Below, one piece after another: positions 63,360-64,000 of a stretch of 64,000 nt of DNA. Position numbers and translations under genes: made by a program. Position 1 is the first letter of the stretch. Every line of letters begins with the position of its first letter. This DNA comes from Bispira polyomma (Eukaryota): NCBI GenBank assembly GCA_965649765.1, contig OZ287757.1, forward strand, positions 55,490,001 to 55,554,000, in the 5' to 3' direction. A model generated the notes under the pieces. It did no database searches. It saw only the letters and a list, made by a program, of their open reading frames with translations, and was not told where the DNA came from.

Positions 63360-64000
63360 CCTTTCAGGTTGGTTCTTGGCTCAGGCTCCGGTGTAGGCTC
63401 ATGTTTGTTTGTTTTGCTAGGGCACTGCCCCCTCCTTCAGGAAGTAGCCCATGATTACCTCTTTCTGTCCTTTAGCTGCCTTCTTTTAAGTGCTTTTTGT
63501 GGGATGGGTCAGAAATCTTGTGGATTTGGGTGCTGCATTGCCCTGTTGATAGTAACAGTTCTCATTATCTCACAAAAGGAAAATACTTGCCCCCCAAACA
63601 CATATATGAAAATAAATTCTGAATCTGAATCTCTGATCGCGAACATTTTCTGTCTACCGGACTATGCTCTTGCACACTTACTAGGATATGCGCCACAGAG
63701 GATGCCTGGTCATCAACTGTGGCGCTATAGGAGTAAAAACATTAACATTAACATTGTTAGGGCTACAGTGGCTACCGCTGGTGCTTCTTGCTGCATGGTT
63801 GAGAGTAGAACCTGGAATTTCTGGCATCAACTTGGCAATGGTTGACCTGCCCACTATGAAAGAGTAAGACTCCAAAGAAACCAAATGCATCAAAGTGAGA
63901 GCTATCTTGAGTCCAGGGGACAGTGGCTTCCTGTACCAGGTGGTCTGTCTCTGTATCATGTGCCCCACCCGTCTCTACATCTCCTGGAACATATCTGGGA
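63360..64000 (-). mobile_element. Second Harbinger transposase remnant, runs off the window
   Basis: IQRQTTWYRKPLSPGLKIALTLMHL resembles VKKETTWFR-KPLDVGLKLAVTLRHL of the first element. A GTCCTGAAAA motif is shared at the ORF junction (~21809 and ~63348). Confidence 0.8.

Overview
AT-rich eukaryotic (invertebrate animal) genomic DNA with spliced genes and dense transposon debris. A lophotrochozoan such as a mollusc is my inference from the repeat types; it is not proven. Most short ORFs in the track are spurious. Supported content: (1) A spliced multicopper oxidase/laccase gene on + (~7.85-13.6 kb). It has all four Cu-binding motifs and a probable C-terminal transmembrane anchor, but two in-frame stops (10663, 11433), so it is probably a young pseudogene. 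(2) The most notable item: a minus-strand AID/APOBEC-like zinc-dependent cytidine deaminase gene (HVE...NYGPCKTC). I can assemble it from five phase-compatible GT-AG exons (45117 to 38809, ~327 aa), with a charged, disordered N-terminus built from duplicated exons. (3) A nearly intact tyrosine-recombinase retrotransposon (DIRS order, Ngaro-like: RT-RNase H plus YR, no methyltransferase) with a hairpin array at its 3' end. (4) Two decayed PIF/Harbinger transposons. (5) Five copies of a young tRNA-derived SINE, most with clear target-site duplications (TSDs). (6) Two solo LTRs, one nested in a LINE inside a Helentron-type element. (7) Many CR1/L2-like LINE fragments, MITEs and minisatellites. 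All calls come from manual reading; no database searches were run.
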